DNA of 64,000 bases, taken from assembly GCA_951406725.2 (NCBI GenBank), contig OX597814.1, forward strand, positions 20,522,001 to 20,586,000, written 5' to 3'. This document shows, in pieces, positions 62,951-64,000 of the stretch. Source of the stretch: Octopus vulgaris (lineage: Eukaryota). Every line of letters starts with the position of its first letter. Position 1 is the stretch's first letter. Made by a program: the position numbers and the translations under genes. The notes under the pieces were generated by a model that searched no databases, was not told the DNA's origin, and saw only the letters and a program-made list of their open reading frames with translations.

Positions 62951-63499
62951 TATATATTGTAGACTCTCCTGTCACAGATGACAGATGAAGGTTCAACAAT
63001 TTCTCACTGAACAACCTGCACAGATGATTTGTTTAGTGATCAAATGTTTGTGCTGTACATAGCTCACTCCCACCATCAAATTGACATTTTCTGTACAGAT
63101 GCATGGAGTGCTGTATGTCAGATTGCAGAGCCACATGAGAAAGTGTTTTGCTTAAGAACACAATGCAATGCCTGATCTGGGAATCAGAACCAGGAACATG
63201 TAATTAAGAAGATAACACCATGACAACTGTGTGTTTACATCAGTTTATTTGAAACTTACGATGTTTGAACAGTATTATTGGCATTTCTGCTGTGACTAAC
63301 TTGTCCACGTATTTCATGCCTTCACACTTATGTGGAATAAGAGATCCACTACTTGTAAAACAGGTAAGGATTAACATTGGGAAGGATATCCAGCATGGGA
63401 AAACATAAAATGAAGGAATCTGTTGCTAGCTTATCTGAAATCCTATATCATATCTCGATTAATCATTAATTATGATTCCTAATGTCTTCTTTCTAAATA

Positions 63500-63658
63500 C
63501 CTATTTCTTTACTGCCCACAAGGGGCTACACAGAGGGGACAAACAAGGACAGACAAATGGATTAAGTCGATTATAACGACCCCCAGTGTGTAACTGATAC
63601 TTATTTAATAGACCCCGAAAGGATGAAAGGCAAAGTTGACCTCGGCGGAATTTGTACC
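63500..63658 (-). mobile_element. SINE family B copy with a 3' tail resembling the 16290 retroelement tail
   Basis: Central motif gaccccgaaaggatgaaaggcaaagttgacctcggcggaatttg plus minus-strand tail tgtcccctctgtgtagccccttgtgggcagtaaagaaatag. Confidence 0.8.
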
Positions 63659-64000
63659 AAGTACAGATGTGTCTCCCATACACCTGGTCTATAACAATTC
63701 CAATTACATAGCAAACAAATTGCTTTATTTTTGTTTTATTTTACTTGTACAACTCTTTTAGACTTTAAACACTCTCAGGTCCTAGAATTTAAGAGTTCAC
63801 ATATATTTTCTGAGAACCATCCATTGTACTTTTGACTTCAGGGCCCTTCTGTTTGTAGAAGGCTTGGTTTTAACTCAGATTTTATCTAATCACTCAGCAA
63901 TCAAAGTTAACTCTTGGATTATTGTAATTTGATTTCAGATTAACTGCTCTTTCCTAAACCAGTTGAAGATATGTGTAATAACATAACTGTGAGAAGCACC

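Noticed and set aside
63740-64000. Next upstream KIF14-like exon
   Set aside because: No open frame bounded by convincing splice sites was found; upstream exons probably lie outside the window.

Overview
Eukaryotic, AT-rich, microsatellite- and transposon-dense DNA; the repeat families suggest a coleoid cephalopod such as Octopus (inferred, not proven). One protein-coding gene is visible: 12 phase-consistent GT-AG exons on the minus strand (62160 to 42718, 525 codons plus stop) encoding what looks like the C-terminal part of a KIF14-like kinesin-3. Its motor and FHA exons would lie beyond the right edge. The rest is mostly decayed mobile DNA: RTE-clade LINEs with (GAT)n tails and many 3'-UTR-only copies, CR1/L2-like LINE pieces, an ORF1-only zinc-knuckle retroelement, three SINE-like families, two Tc1/mariner relics, four TTAA piggyBac-type MITEs, a Helitron relic, a hAT MITE and a solo LTR. 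Most interesting: (i) a ~800-bp foldback whose arms each carry a minimal Penelope-type hammerhead ribozyme with the compensatory U3-A8 core; (ii) a chain of 19-39-nt splice-signal-bounded micro-exons over ~19 kb that join into one open frame; (iii) repeated head-to-head retro-insertions, one of which captured neighbouring DNA; (iv) CR1-like fragments in reversed order; (v) a CpG-rich solo LTR with CRE/ETS motifs antisense in a KIF14 intron. All calls were made by eye, without database searches.
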